From Mayamaea pseudoterrestris (taxonomy: Eukaryota), in NCBI GenBank assembly GCA_027923505.1, contig BROI01000002.1:2728001-2775980 (forward strand): a stretch of 47,980 nt of DNA, read 5' to 3'. Of the stretch, positions 34,640 through 44,676 are shown piece by piece; the stretch's first letter is position 1; each line of letters starts with the position of its first letter. The notes under the pieces were generated by a model, which saw nothing but the letters and a program-made list of their open reading frames with translations, did no database searches and had not been told where the DNA came from. The position numbers and the translations under genes were made by a program.

Positions 34640-34797
34640 GTAGATGACATCGTCATAGTTAATTACATAAATTATTATATACACTTTAGACTGTGGGTCT
34701 ATAATGTTTTCACCTGCTTAAGGCAGGAGGAGCCATTCTGCGATAGCAGTATACATATAAACGTTTCGTTATTAATTTATTTATCATTATATACACT

Positions 34798-36417
34798 TTA
34801 CAAATCAGCTGTCTTTCTATACGATTTCGCCACTCCCATATCGATGAAATGTTTCGATCTGATGTGCGTTGCTTTGCGAACGCGCTCTTGGAAGAAGGGA
34901 TTGCTTCCGTTCTTGTACGACGGACAGTCAAAGCACCCTCTCTCCGGACAAGCAGAGCTTTTGCAGCACTTGTCCTTCAAATAATGGTACCAGCTGCTCC
35001 TGTGACTAGCGTCACTCTCCCTGCGTTGTACATGAAGTGGCTTTCGCGCAACCGTGCCCCGTGCCTTGCTGCTGCCAAAGTGGCGATGGTCCTCTCGTCC
35101 ATCACCTTCATCCCGAGCAGTCTCAAGTTCCTTTAACTCGTCGAATGATACGTCATGCATGCAGTCCACCGGACAAGCAGCAATGGCAGCCGCAATATCT
35201 GGACTTCGCGGACGCTGATCAAATGTACGCGCCCTTCCATCGTCGCTAAGTATTTCAAAACTACCAGGAGCGGCCAATGCGCAATTGGTACATCCAATGC
35301 ACGAATCTTCGTCGATGAAGATAAACTCGCCGTCATTAATCCAAAGGGGTGTCTCTTTATCCGATGCCAGCTCCACGAGCTTGTGGCTACTCTTCTTGAC
35401 GCGGTCATCTCCAAGTTTTTCGTAAACGAGGTCACATTCGTCCATGCTATTGTGTGAACTAAAGTGAGTTGTCGGCTCATGAGTAAGCACCATCTCGAGC
35501 TGCATGCGTTCCCGTTCCACGTCCAACGGCGGAAGTATTCCATGATGTTTCAAGTCTCGCCAAACAGATTTCAGAGCATCGGAACGTCGCTTAACAATGT
35601 CCTCGGGAGAGTTGCATTCACTTTGTTTCTCACCAACAAGCGCTAGTAGATAAAGTCGCTTCAAGTCATCCAGCGTCAAGTATCCTGTTCCATACGAAGA
35701 GTAGGCTGCAAGGATACTCAGCACTCGCTGGTCATGGGGTCCAATCGCTTGCGCTGGCTGAAGGCACCGCTGAAACCAAGAGGCAACCGATTTAGCATCC
35801 ATGACCTTGATCTTTTCGTCATTATTGCGCGTTGTGGCAGTTTTGGCGTGCGAGTCAAACATTTTGTTGACGCTGCGGTCTAGGAATTTGGAGGAAACCC
35901 ACTGCTCACCGACAAACCGCTCCAGTAGTTGCGAAGGATGGAATCGCTCAGCATTCGTCAATGGAGGTAGAGCCCGTCCTTCCTGCACGAGCATGGATTG
36001 TGGTTGTTCATTGCAGCGAATCAATAGTGCAATTTCGTCGCCCATGTCGTCCTCAAAGGAAGCAGGTAGATTGTTCTTTTGGTGAATAGTCTCGCTAGAA
36101 TCATTGTTATCTTCTTTATCATATAATATTGCATCCACTGTATCTTGTAGCCACTGTTCCTCGGCAGATGGAATCTTTTCTGGGCTGTCAACTTGATGAA
36201 TGAGCCCAAAAGGGAGATTGTTGTCAGCACTTTCAGCCTTTGAAAGACCATTCCAATCATCTGTTATCGACCAGGAAGACTCGCTAAATAGGCGAGTAGA
36301 TGAGGAAGTGGGAAAGGATTGCGTTACGGCCTGTGATGGCATCCATCCGTCGATGCGTTCCGGCAGTAGAAGGAACAGGACGAAGATTCCGTTGGTCGAT
36401 GGAAAGCGACGATCCAT
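34798..36417 (-). CDS. Probable plastid-targeted protein with a bacterial-type ferredoxin domain (as in chloroplast DnaJ-Fer proteins)
   Basis: Signal peptide ending IDG-W, then Ser/Thr-rich transit-like region. FIDEDSCIGCTNCALAAP...GRAR...AAIAACPVDCM ferredoxin motif; extra C-terminal Cys cluster. Confidence 0.8.
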   Translation of the reverse strand: MDRRFPSTNGIFVLFLLLPERIDGWMPSQAVTQSFPTSSSTRLFSESSWSITDDWNGLSKAESADNNLPFGLIHQVDSPEKIPSAEEQWLQDTVDAILYDKEDNNDSSETIHQKNNLPASFEDDMGDEIALLIRCNEQPQSMLVQEGRALPPLTNAERFHPSQLLERFVGEQWVSSKFLDRSVNKMFDSHAKTATTRNNDEKIKVMDAKSVASWFQRCLQPAQAIGPHDQRVLSILAAYSSYGTGYLTLDDLKRLYLLALVGEKQSECNSPEDIVKRRSDALKSVWRDLKHHGILPPLDVERERMQLEMVLTHEPTTHFSSHNSMDECDLVYEKLGDDRVKKSSHKLVELASDKETPLWINDGEFIFIDEDSCIGCTNCALAAPGSFEILSDDGRARTFDQRPRSPDIAAAIAACPVDCMHDVSFDELKELETARDEGDGREDHRHFGSSKARGTVARKPLHVQRRESDASHRSSWYHYLKDKCCKSSACPERGCFDCPSYKNGSNPFFQERVRKATHIRSKHFIDMGVAKSYRKTADL

Positions 36418-36702
36418 TTTGTTTAGTCAGTCGCTTTTTTGCAAATGCTTTTGTCTGCTTGAAGGTTCCAGTAAGTTGTAAAGTATGCGGGTCAACGCGA
36501 GAGGTGCCCGATTCAAAGAGAAGATTGATGTTTGTTGCTCGTGGGATCGATCCATCGAATCCGTGACGCCCATCGCCTTTTTAGTACCGTAAAGACTGTC
36601 GTAGCGTTACTCATGGGATGGCGTCGAGATCCATCCACCATGGCCATCCGGTATAGCATTCGCAAAAGTGTTCCCTCGCTCGCACACATTCATTGCTTCA
36701 AT

Positions 36703-37476
36703 ATGTGGAATCATGCCGCATGGACAATCATTGGGATCCTATCGCTTTTGAATGTCGCACATGGTTGGAGCTGTAGCAGCAAATTCGGGACGAAACGCAG
36801 CAAAAAAGCTATTGCAAACGACCGAGAATTTCATGCAACAATCTTTCAATCTACAACTCGGCTCGCCAGCACTCGGTCATTTGTCCTCGACGATGACTAT
36901 GAGGAGTATGGACAAGCTTCTTCGTCGTCAAGTTACGAGTCTCCCTCCGATCCTTCCGACACGTACTCCATGTCAGATTCCGATCTTGAAGCACACATGG
37001 GACCATGGGACGAAGGAGTCGCCAAGTTTAACACGATTCACTTGACCGGACGCATTGGTAACGACCCCGAGCCGCGTTACTTTGACGATGGCAAGGTGGT
37101 TGTCAATCTATCACTAGCGACCAATCGCAAGTACCATTCGCTGGAACGACAAGCAAGCAACCTTCAATGGGGCCAAGAGGAAACGGACTGGTATGCCTTG
37201 GAGATATGGGGAAGCACTGCCGAGTTTGTGTCCAAGTATGTTGATCGAGGGACGCATGTTAGTGTAATCGGAAGCTTGCAGATTGACGAGTGGACGGATA
37301 GGGCGACTGGCGAATTGAGAAACAAGGCAAAAATAATTGTTCGAGACTTTGATATACTGGAAAGCAAAGACGAAGCGGAAGCTCGACGAAGTCGGTCGGG
37401 TAATAGTGGTGGCAAGTCGTACAATGATCGAAGCGATGGCGGGCCAAGTTCTGCTGGTTCTGGTGATTTCTTTTGA
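36703..37476 (+). CDS. SSB: Bacterial-type single-stranded DNA-binding protein with bipartite (plastid-type) presequence
   Basis: NTIHLTGRIGNDPEPRY, ETDWYALEIWG, VIGSLQIDEWTD and a C-terminal acidic/aromatic tip (GDFF). Signal peptide ends VAHG-W. Confidence 0.9.
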   Translation: MWNHAAWTIIGILSLLNVAHGWSCSSKFGTKRSKKAIANDREFHATIFQSTTRLASTRSFVLDDDYEEYGQASSSSSYESPSDPSDTYSMSDSDLEAHMGPWDEGVAKFNTIHLTGRIGNDPEPRYFDDGKVVVNLSLATNRKYHSLERQASNLQWGQEETDWYALEIWGSTAEFVSKYVDRGTHVSVIGSLQIDEWTDRATGELRNKAKIIVRDFDILESKDEAEARRSRSGNSGGKSYNDRSDGGPSSAGSGDFF

Positions 37477-38053
37477 AGAAAGGGAGAGCTCGGTGCATTT
37501 CCTCATTGGCCGACGTATACAGTATCTGAGTCCATTCTGCATTGTTTGTAAACATTTTGGTGCCAGACTACCGTTGGGTACTAGATATTCATACTAGAAC
37601 TACAGTCTATCATAGGTTTTCCAACACAGTACGTACCGTGCGTAGATGCGTACTGTACATATGATAGAGACCTTGTTCAAGAGAGGCGATTGCATCGCAA
37701 CGGCACTAAAATCTTTGTCGACGCACGGGAAGGTGTGACGAGCGCGGCGAAATTGAACTGCTGCTGCTGTAACTGCGAAGCAGCGAAGGAATGGGCTTCT
37801 TGCAAGTCTTGTCGGCAGCCGAGCTTTCAGCAAGAGCAAGATAAGCTTGCGCAGCCATATCGTTGACAAGTTCATATCGAGAGAATCTTTGTTGCTAGAA
37901 ATCAGGCGGAGTGAAGGAGTACTTCTTCGAGCCTCGAGCGTTCCAACAACCGATAGTTTTTCGAACAGCATCGTAGTTCAAGTTCGTCAAACTTGTGCAA
38001 AAGTGCCTGTCAGTCACATCAACTTACTTGTACGCTTAATACATTGGAGCACG

Positions 38054-38998
38054 ATGCCGGCAAGTAGTGAGAAGGCTGTAGCGGCGCCAGATTTACAAAC
38101 AGATGCACATCGCAAGAACGACGATGGAAACGGAAAGCAACAATTGCGCGCGCCCCAGACCAGCAACGCCAAAATACGACAAAATGTAAATAGAGGTTCT
38201 TCCTCCTTGTCATCCAACGGAGTTAATAGACACCAGGAGCACAATGAAGATGATAATGCCCAAATTTTTCAAATGCAAAATTACTCCAACTACGCCAACA
38301 ATATGGCTGCTGCTGCCGCCACAAATACCTCCAACACCAGCCCCAAGCAACCGACGCCACTCTTTGAACGACTAGTCACAGAAGAAGTGCAAGAGATCAA
38401 AGCATATGCGCGGATCATTGAAAGCCAGCAGCGACGATTGGTTGAACTGGAACGCGTGCACGGAGACTTGGAGGCTCGACTAGAATCGGAAAGCAACCGA
38501 CGCAAGGAACTGGAGAAAACACTGGAGTCGCGAGAACGAGAATGGGCAAACAGATTCGACGAGCTTTCAAAAGACAGGGATCATTGGAAAGGAGTCGTGC
38601 AGGTTGAGCAGACGAAGAATTCCAGGTTGATTGATCAAGTGGTGCGAAAAGACCAAGACATTCATCGCATGCTGCAGCGTAAGGTAAGCAAGATTGATCC
38701 AATGGGCTTCGTCTGTAAGCGAGTATTATCTGTCTTTGCACTGCATGTCTCAACGTTGTGTTTGGCGCGTTTATAGTACGACCATGAACCCATTCGAGGG
38801 TCCACGCGCAACGTTCGTCAGCAGCAGCCAACGACTGATCGAGGCGAACGAACTGCCGCTTCCGCTTCGAGATCACCCGAGTCGCGGCTGCATCGGCATC
38901 ACAAGAGTCCTCATGAAATTTTGGCAGCCAGTGGATCGGCGGAAAAGGTTCGGCTACGGAATGTTAAATCGCTTCTGAATGATTTTTTCGGCATGTAA
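38054..38998 (+). CDS. Hypothetical coiled-coil protein; intron 38684-38776
   Basis: Heptad-rich central region (TPLFERLVTEEVQEIKAYARIIE...). Splicing gives an in-frame last exon ending LLNDFFGM*. Confidence 0.75.
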
Positions 38999-39325
38999 AG
39001 TGGACAGCGGACTATGTATCTTTGTTGTTTTCGATCTTGATTAGTAAAATGTTTAAATTTGCGGTGAAGGTCTTTGCTTTTTAGTACGTGTTACGCTGTA
39101 CTGCAGAATATGTTCTTGTAGCGCTGCTTGAGGTTGCAACTTTCTATCTACGCTCGTCCATGCACAACAGTAGATCAATCTCCGTCGAGTGAGATTAATA
39201 AGTACTCGAATAGCACGGACATAAATGTAACTCCCAATTAAATAATGATATACGGTAGTCTACTAGCGTAAGCCCCATGAGTAAACGCGCAAATCGTCTG
39301 CGCGAACTCATTGGGCAGGCCCCCT

Positions 39326-40387
39326 CTATGGATTGGACCATTGCGATGGCTGTTGGTCCGATTGATGCTGCTGCTGTTGTTGTAGCTGCATCCTGCTTGC
39401 AGCTGCTATTGCTTGTTGCTGCGCTTGAGCTAGCTGTTGTAAAGATGGCTGTTGCTGCGCTCCGTTATTATGGTTCTGTTGCTGTTGACCATTGGTGTTG
39501 TCAATATGAGCAGTCAAGTTTGGTAGCTGGGCGGGATAGCCAAGCTGCATGAGCTGTTCAGGATTTAATTGTTGGTGATGTTGCTCCAGTATGGCGTTGA
39601 AGTCAACCTGGCTAGGTGCCCCGCTAGTTATATTTCCTGCATGTTGAAGCATGGCCGCAGGCAAGTTGATATTCATCTGACCTGGCGGTATGCCAAAGTT
39701 TTGCACAACTAATGCTTGGCCCACTTGTGACATGTCTACCGGTACAGCATTAGGTGCTGGTAGACGATGTGTGGCGACACGCGGGATAATGTCTATTAGA
39801 AAGTCGTACACGTCACTTTCGCCGACGGCTGCGTGTATGTCTTGTCGCTGCAACGTCCTCCGTCGATTCCTTGCTGTATGCTGCCAAGCTCTAACGGATA
39901 GCTCTCGGATGAGAAGCTCACAAGCTTTGCTCATCACCAGCGGTGCTTCGGCCGAAATCATGAACTTGATGGATGTTTTCTCGTTTGGATCGATCCCTTG
40001 TTGTATACAACGATCCTTCTCCATTTCTTGCATTACAAACTCCTCGCTTTTCATAATCTTCTTGATCCGAGCCAAAGGTAAAGCTTGTATCTTCCAGTTT
40101 TCCGCCTCTGCCGACAAGGAAATTATACGGAAAACAAGCAATGTGTGAGCCAAACTATCCTTGGATAAAGTGGAATGACGACTGTCGGAGGGCACATCAG
40201 GGTCGACCATCGAGTACATACCTGGTGCAATGTAATTTATATCATGAGTCGCCTTTGACCACATGTCGTCTAAAAGATTTTCTAATTCGCCGTTTTGATT
40301 CTGCTGGGGCGCTTGAGCAGCAACTTGACCCTCATTGGCAGAGCCGGAAGCGTTCCCACCTGCGTGGCCTCTGGCTCTGGAACTCAT
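39326..40387 (-). CDS. CCAAT-binding factor subunit C (NF-YC/HAP5-like), histone fold plus Gln-rich tail; probable intron 40108-40221
   Basis: LPLARIKKIMK, MISAEAP..MSKACELLIRELS.RAW, NRRRTLQRQDI and DFLIDIIPR motifs. Confidence 0.93.
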   Translation of the reverse strand: MSSRARGHAGGNASGSANEGQVAAQAPQQNQNGELENLLDDMWSKATHDINYIAPGMYSMVDPDVPSDSRHSTLSKDSLAHTLLVFRIISLSAEAENWKIQALPLARIKKIMKSEEFVMQEMEKDRCIQQGIDPNEKTSIKFMISAEAPLVMSKACELLIRELSVRAWQHTARNRRRTLQRQDIHAAVGESDVYDFLIDIIPRVATHRLPAPNAVPVDMSQVGQALVVQNFGIPPGQMNINLPAAMLQHAGNITSGAPSQVDFNAILEQHHQQLNPEQLMQLGYPAQLPNLTAHIDNTNGQQQQNHNNGAQQQPSLQQLAQAQQQAIAAASRMQLQQQQQHQSDQQPSQWSNP

Positions 40388-41031
40388 AGCACAAGCCGAG
40401 GGGTGGCAAATGGACTCCAGACAGACTTTGACTAGTAGTATCTACTCTCAATACTTTTACGAGAGATAGTGGAGTAATTCGAAAATGTTAGCATCAATTC
40501 ATCGCCAGCCAAATGATCGCAATCTGTGGCAGAGGAGAAGACGATGGCCGGACATTTTTGATGAACTTCATCGTGCGTTTGTCGCCACGGCAAAACCGCT
40601 GCGTTTCTCGGTGAGAACCGATACGATGCTCTAGCTACCTGCCCAAAATGATGTGCATTTCATACTGTACCGCAGTGTAGTACAGAAGCAGCAAGATGGC
40701 TGTTAATGTTCCATTTATCTGCCCTCACTTGTCACCATGGAACCCACTATTTTTCTTATTAGAGTGTAAGACAAGTTTCATGGACGGAAGGTGGTGCGAT
40801 GGAGCTTTGTTCCATGGTTGCTTCGACCATCTTTTGCGTTATCGTCTCACCTCGCTGACTGCAGCTGATCGAGTCGGCACAAACTAAAGTTTCTCAAAGT
40901 CGATAACGATTTGCAAAAGGTACTACTATCTGTACAGTAAGCTAACGCACATCCGCCGATGCCTCGCTGGGAGTGCTAATCGACCGCGATGATACTACAG
41001 ACAACTCACCATCCAAGCATCATCTCGAAGG

Positions 41032-41754
41032 TTACCACCGCTTGAAATGCTTGCTTGTCTCATGAAAATTCTTATCCAGCATTTCAGGCGGAACGCCGAA
41101 TCTGCTAAATATCTTGACCGAAAAGTGACGAAAGTAAACGTGTCTGCCAAACAAGGTACCGACGCAAACCAACATGACTCCATAGATGGGCGACATGACA
41201 ATGAGAGAACATATCCTATACGCCCAAGGACCATCCTTCATGGAACCTTCCAAGCCAAGCACATCTTTGACGGCTGGGCGAACCAACTTTTAGGTGTGAC
41301 GACAGCGAAAACGAATTAGTGAGATGACACAAGTGACGACGAGAAATTCCCTCATAAACAGGCAATAACCAATCCAAGCGACATAGTATCGTACCATCAT
41401 TGTTGAAGATCCTGTAATTGCAAAGACTGTACATATCAGGGCAACTTCTCTATACCATGCAAAAGTGTTTCGCTGCGGCATAGGTTTCGGACCAAGGAAT
41501 CGCTGCAGCCACGTCGGCTGACCTCCTGTATCTGTCGGCGTCTTTGTCACTGCTTGCGGTTCTACCTTTGGTGTCTGTTTTGATGAGTCCATAGTCAAAC
41601 GGCGGATCCTTGTCGTTGCACTGCGCAGCGACAATTCTTCACTGGGCCGCACGATTCGTGCCGAGAAAATTGGTCGGTGAGCGACGCCAAGACGGTTTAT
41701 AATAGTCATGCTACTAAGGCTGCGAGCTGCTAGTTTAGACGTCCTTCTAAACAT
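41032..41754 (-). CDS. Small conserved membrane protein (DUF6787-like) with mitochondrial-type presequence; intron 41287-41394
   Basis: Arg/Ser-rich N-terminus, VFAITGSSTMM|LVRP, and a second hydrophobic segment ending GTLFGRH.YF. Confidence 0.7.
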
Positions 41755-42068
41755 GGTGATTGACCTTGATTTTGATTTGACACTACAAAGAAGAGTGACT
41801 CGTTTGTTGGCTGCGATTTTAAAAAAATGGAGCTGAGCTCTCGTGTCGCATCATCAATGGAACGATCCATAGTCGTACGACTCGTACGTAGCTCGACCTA
41901 CCCATCGTTACGTTATAATCACGACCAAACTATAGGCCTTGTTAAGCAACATGCATCTTTATTTACAACCAATTCTATGTGTAAATCATGTGAAGGAACT
42001 TGAGGAATGATACATCATCTGTGTATGTGTGTATGTAGTGGGGAAGGATGTCGTGTGTGTCTGTGTCG

Positions 42069-42566
42069 TTACTGAAACTCAGAGTCTGCGTTGGTGATCG
42101 TCACTTGAACTGGATGGGCTCGTTTAATGCCAAGATATGCCATCACATCAAACGGCTGATCATTAGGAAAGCGTTTAAATTCTTCCGGAATCAAGCAGTC
42201 TTCGCAGTCAGCTCCACATGATGAAAGATCGCCCTCGACCGCAATAGACTCCTCGTACTGTTCCAATAGCCCCAATAGCGAGAGATCATCCACGACAAAC
42301 GATTCTTTTAGCGCAATTCGTTCTCCATCCTGATTGAATAACAAATCAAAGACTGACTGCCCCGAAGGAGGAAGTGTGTAGGTGTGTTCGAGGGCCATTA
42401 CTCCGCGACATCGATTCTCGTCCTCATCACGTTCCGAGGCAGTGTTCCTGATAGCTGTTGATGACGATGATCCATGAAATGAATAGGCTGGCTCAATGCG
42501 TGGTCCAAAAGCGCTAACGCAGGTGACCGACGATAAGGCAAGCAAGACGGTGCTCCTCTTCATCAT
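42069..42566 (-). CDS. Small hypothetical plastid-targeted protein (motif DCxxPE...DVMxxLGxKRA)
   Basis: Signal peptide ending VSA-F (ASAFAP-type) followed by a Ser-rich transit-like stretch; intronless ORF. Confidence 0.75.
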   Translation of the reverse strand: MMKRSTVLLALSSVTCVSAFGPRIEPAYSFHGSSSSTAIRNTASERDEDENRCRGVMALEHTYTLPPSGQSVFDLLFNQDGERIALKESFVVDDLSLLGLLEQYEESIAVEGDLSSCGADCEDCLIPEEFKRFPNDQPFDVMAYLGIKRAHPVQVTITNADSEFQ

Positions 42567-43093
42567 GGTCGATTTATGCGTCTTCCGGAAGAACATGGCG
42601 CGAACTGCCCGCGTCAACGAGGTGTCAAGACCCGGAGGATGCTACCTCGCCGTTACATCATAGCGAACCTAGCGCTGGGAAAGTTAGCATGTGGCCACGA
42701 TAGCTTTGTTCTTTCCATTTCAGGAGCCTCGCGATGGACAAACGAGCGATACATGCCTTGTCGAGGCGTGCAATAGCATGGGAGCTCACGAATGACCTGT
42801 ATATACCAACAGATGCACCATTCACCCATGGAATCACTTTGCGTTGAGGCTGCTCTTCGCAGCAAATTTTGGAAGTTGGATCCATTCTGCGGCAAGATTC
42901 GATTGTTATACGAAAGATGTTCGAGCGCGGCTAATGGAACGATAGGCTGGAAGCGCGCGGTGCGACCGACCGTTTCCTAAACGACTCAGGTCGCTGATGG
43001 ACTCTCTACAAATATGATCTCACTACTTGATATCAATCATACTCTATAATCAATCCTATCTTATTCCTATACATATGCGTAATCATTTACTAT

Positions 43094-43582
43094 CTAGGGC
43101 ATCTTGTCATTCGCGTGATGAGCCTTCAGCGAGTCCGCGCGTTTAAGACCCAGAAACGACATTACATCAACGTCGTCAACCCCGCCGTCTCGGTATTCCG
43201 CCGGCGTCTGCAACTTTTCAGGCATGTCACAGTCCTGCAAATTTAATAATGTTTGAGCAAAGTCAGTCGAGATGCATCATGATTTGAAGTTGGCGTCGAC
43301 ACTGTTGCAGCACTTGAACCTTGGATCCAAAATCAGTGGACGTACCTCGATACCAGCCGCGCATGGCATGCCCTTGATCCACTTGCTCGCAACGAATCCT
43401 GCAGCAGCTATATTGCTCATGCTACAATCATCATCGTAAATGTCTTGCCAACATGGATTGTCAGTCATTCCTTCCGGTACGGTTGAGCGGAGACTCGTCA
43501 CAAACGCAAGTTGCGAGGAGAGCGGATGAAAGGCGAGGCAACATGGAACAAGGAAGAGTGCCAGAATGCTTGTTACTTTCAT
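43094..43582 (-). CDS. Small hypothetical plastid-targeted Cys-containing protein (same C-terminal motif); intron 43235-43345
   Basis: Signal peptide ending CLA-F. Spliced C-terminus DCDMPEKLQ...DVMSFLGLKRADSL...KMP*. Confidence 0.75.
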
Positions 43583-44294
43583 TGTGCTAGCGTTGATTGG
43601 TATCAAAATAAGGAGGTACGGACAGCTTTTGCTTCGGCTGCTGCTTTCAGCTTTGTAGCGTAGCGGTGTGGCGACGTGACTTCGCTTCGCAGGATCATGG
43701 ATCATGCGAGGTGCCACTGCAGCCAAAAGGCTTCACAGTGGTGGTCACCATAACCTGCACAACTTTAGAATCGATAATTAGGGATTTCATCATATAGTAC
43801 TTAACGATACGAGTCAGGAATGACCCTCATTACCTCGGCAACCTCATGGTATCGATAGATAGATATGATTCAAGGTACCAATTTGTGGTTTTCGGTTGAC
43901 ATGATGCGACATCTGGGACCTGATTTACATCATTTCATCATTACATCAGCACCTTGAGGGTTTATACAAATGGATCGTCATGTTTGTAGCTTTTCAGCAC
44001 TTGTCGTTCCTTGGTTATTGCTGGTTGGTGAATCGGTACAATTTTAGCGATGCGAAACACGCTTGTGAAAAGTGGCGGAACGAGTCCCGCTTGCAAAAAT
44101 CCTGCACAACAGCTGGCGCACCTCTAGATGTGCCGAAGCGATTCTTGCGAAACTTGGCCACCATATTCTTTAAGCCTAGCTCTATCCATTGCTAGGTTTA
44201 TAGGAGAAAATATCATTGGCTTCGGGACTTATGTCCGTTTGTGCAGGTTATGGTGACCACCACTGTCAGATCTTGCATGCTTCTCCGCACATTC

Positions 44295-44649
44295 TGTGGA
44301 TTTACTATCCAGTTTAGTGTACGTCGTACAGCCGGCAATACCCAATCGCAGGCTTTTCACAAAGAAAATGACACCTGCCTTTGAAATGTCGCATCACGAT
44401 CGCACCACCAAACGACGACAGAAACGCGCATCGCGCAAACGTCGCTCATCGATCAAACTGTTGAGCATGGATGAGAACCCAAACCGAAGCGGCAGCGGTG
44501 ACGTCACGAAGACGGTCACATTTAAGTAAGCGCGGTAAGCGGCAACCGAAGGAGTGGATCGAGGACGATCACTTCTTGGAGAAAATAAGTAAAGTGGTTT
44601 TATTGACTCTGTCTGCTAATCAGTGTGCCAAGGCGCGTTAAATCCAACA
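44295..44649 (+). repeat. Putative 5' LTR of element B (~355 bp)
   Basis: Begins TGTGGATTTA and ends TAAATCCAACA (terminal inverted repeat with a 1-nt gap, TG...CA), 27 nt upstream of the gag ATG. The second LTR is outside the window, so the boundaries are inferred. Confidence 0.7.
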
Positions 44650-44676
44650 TTTTCTCCAAGAAGCGAGTGAAAAGAC

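Noticed and set aside
43730..44294. Gene-free stretch before element B as a possible MITE or extended LTR
   Set aside because: No terminal inverted repeats or second copy visible in the window.
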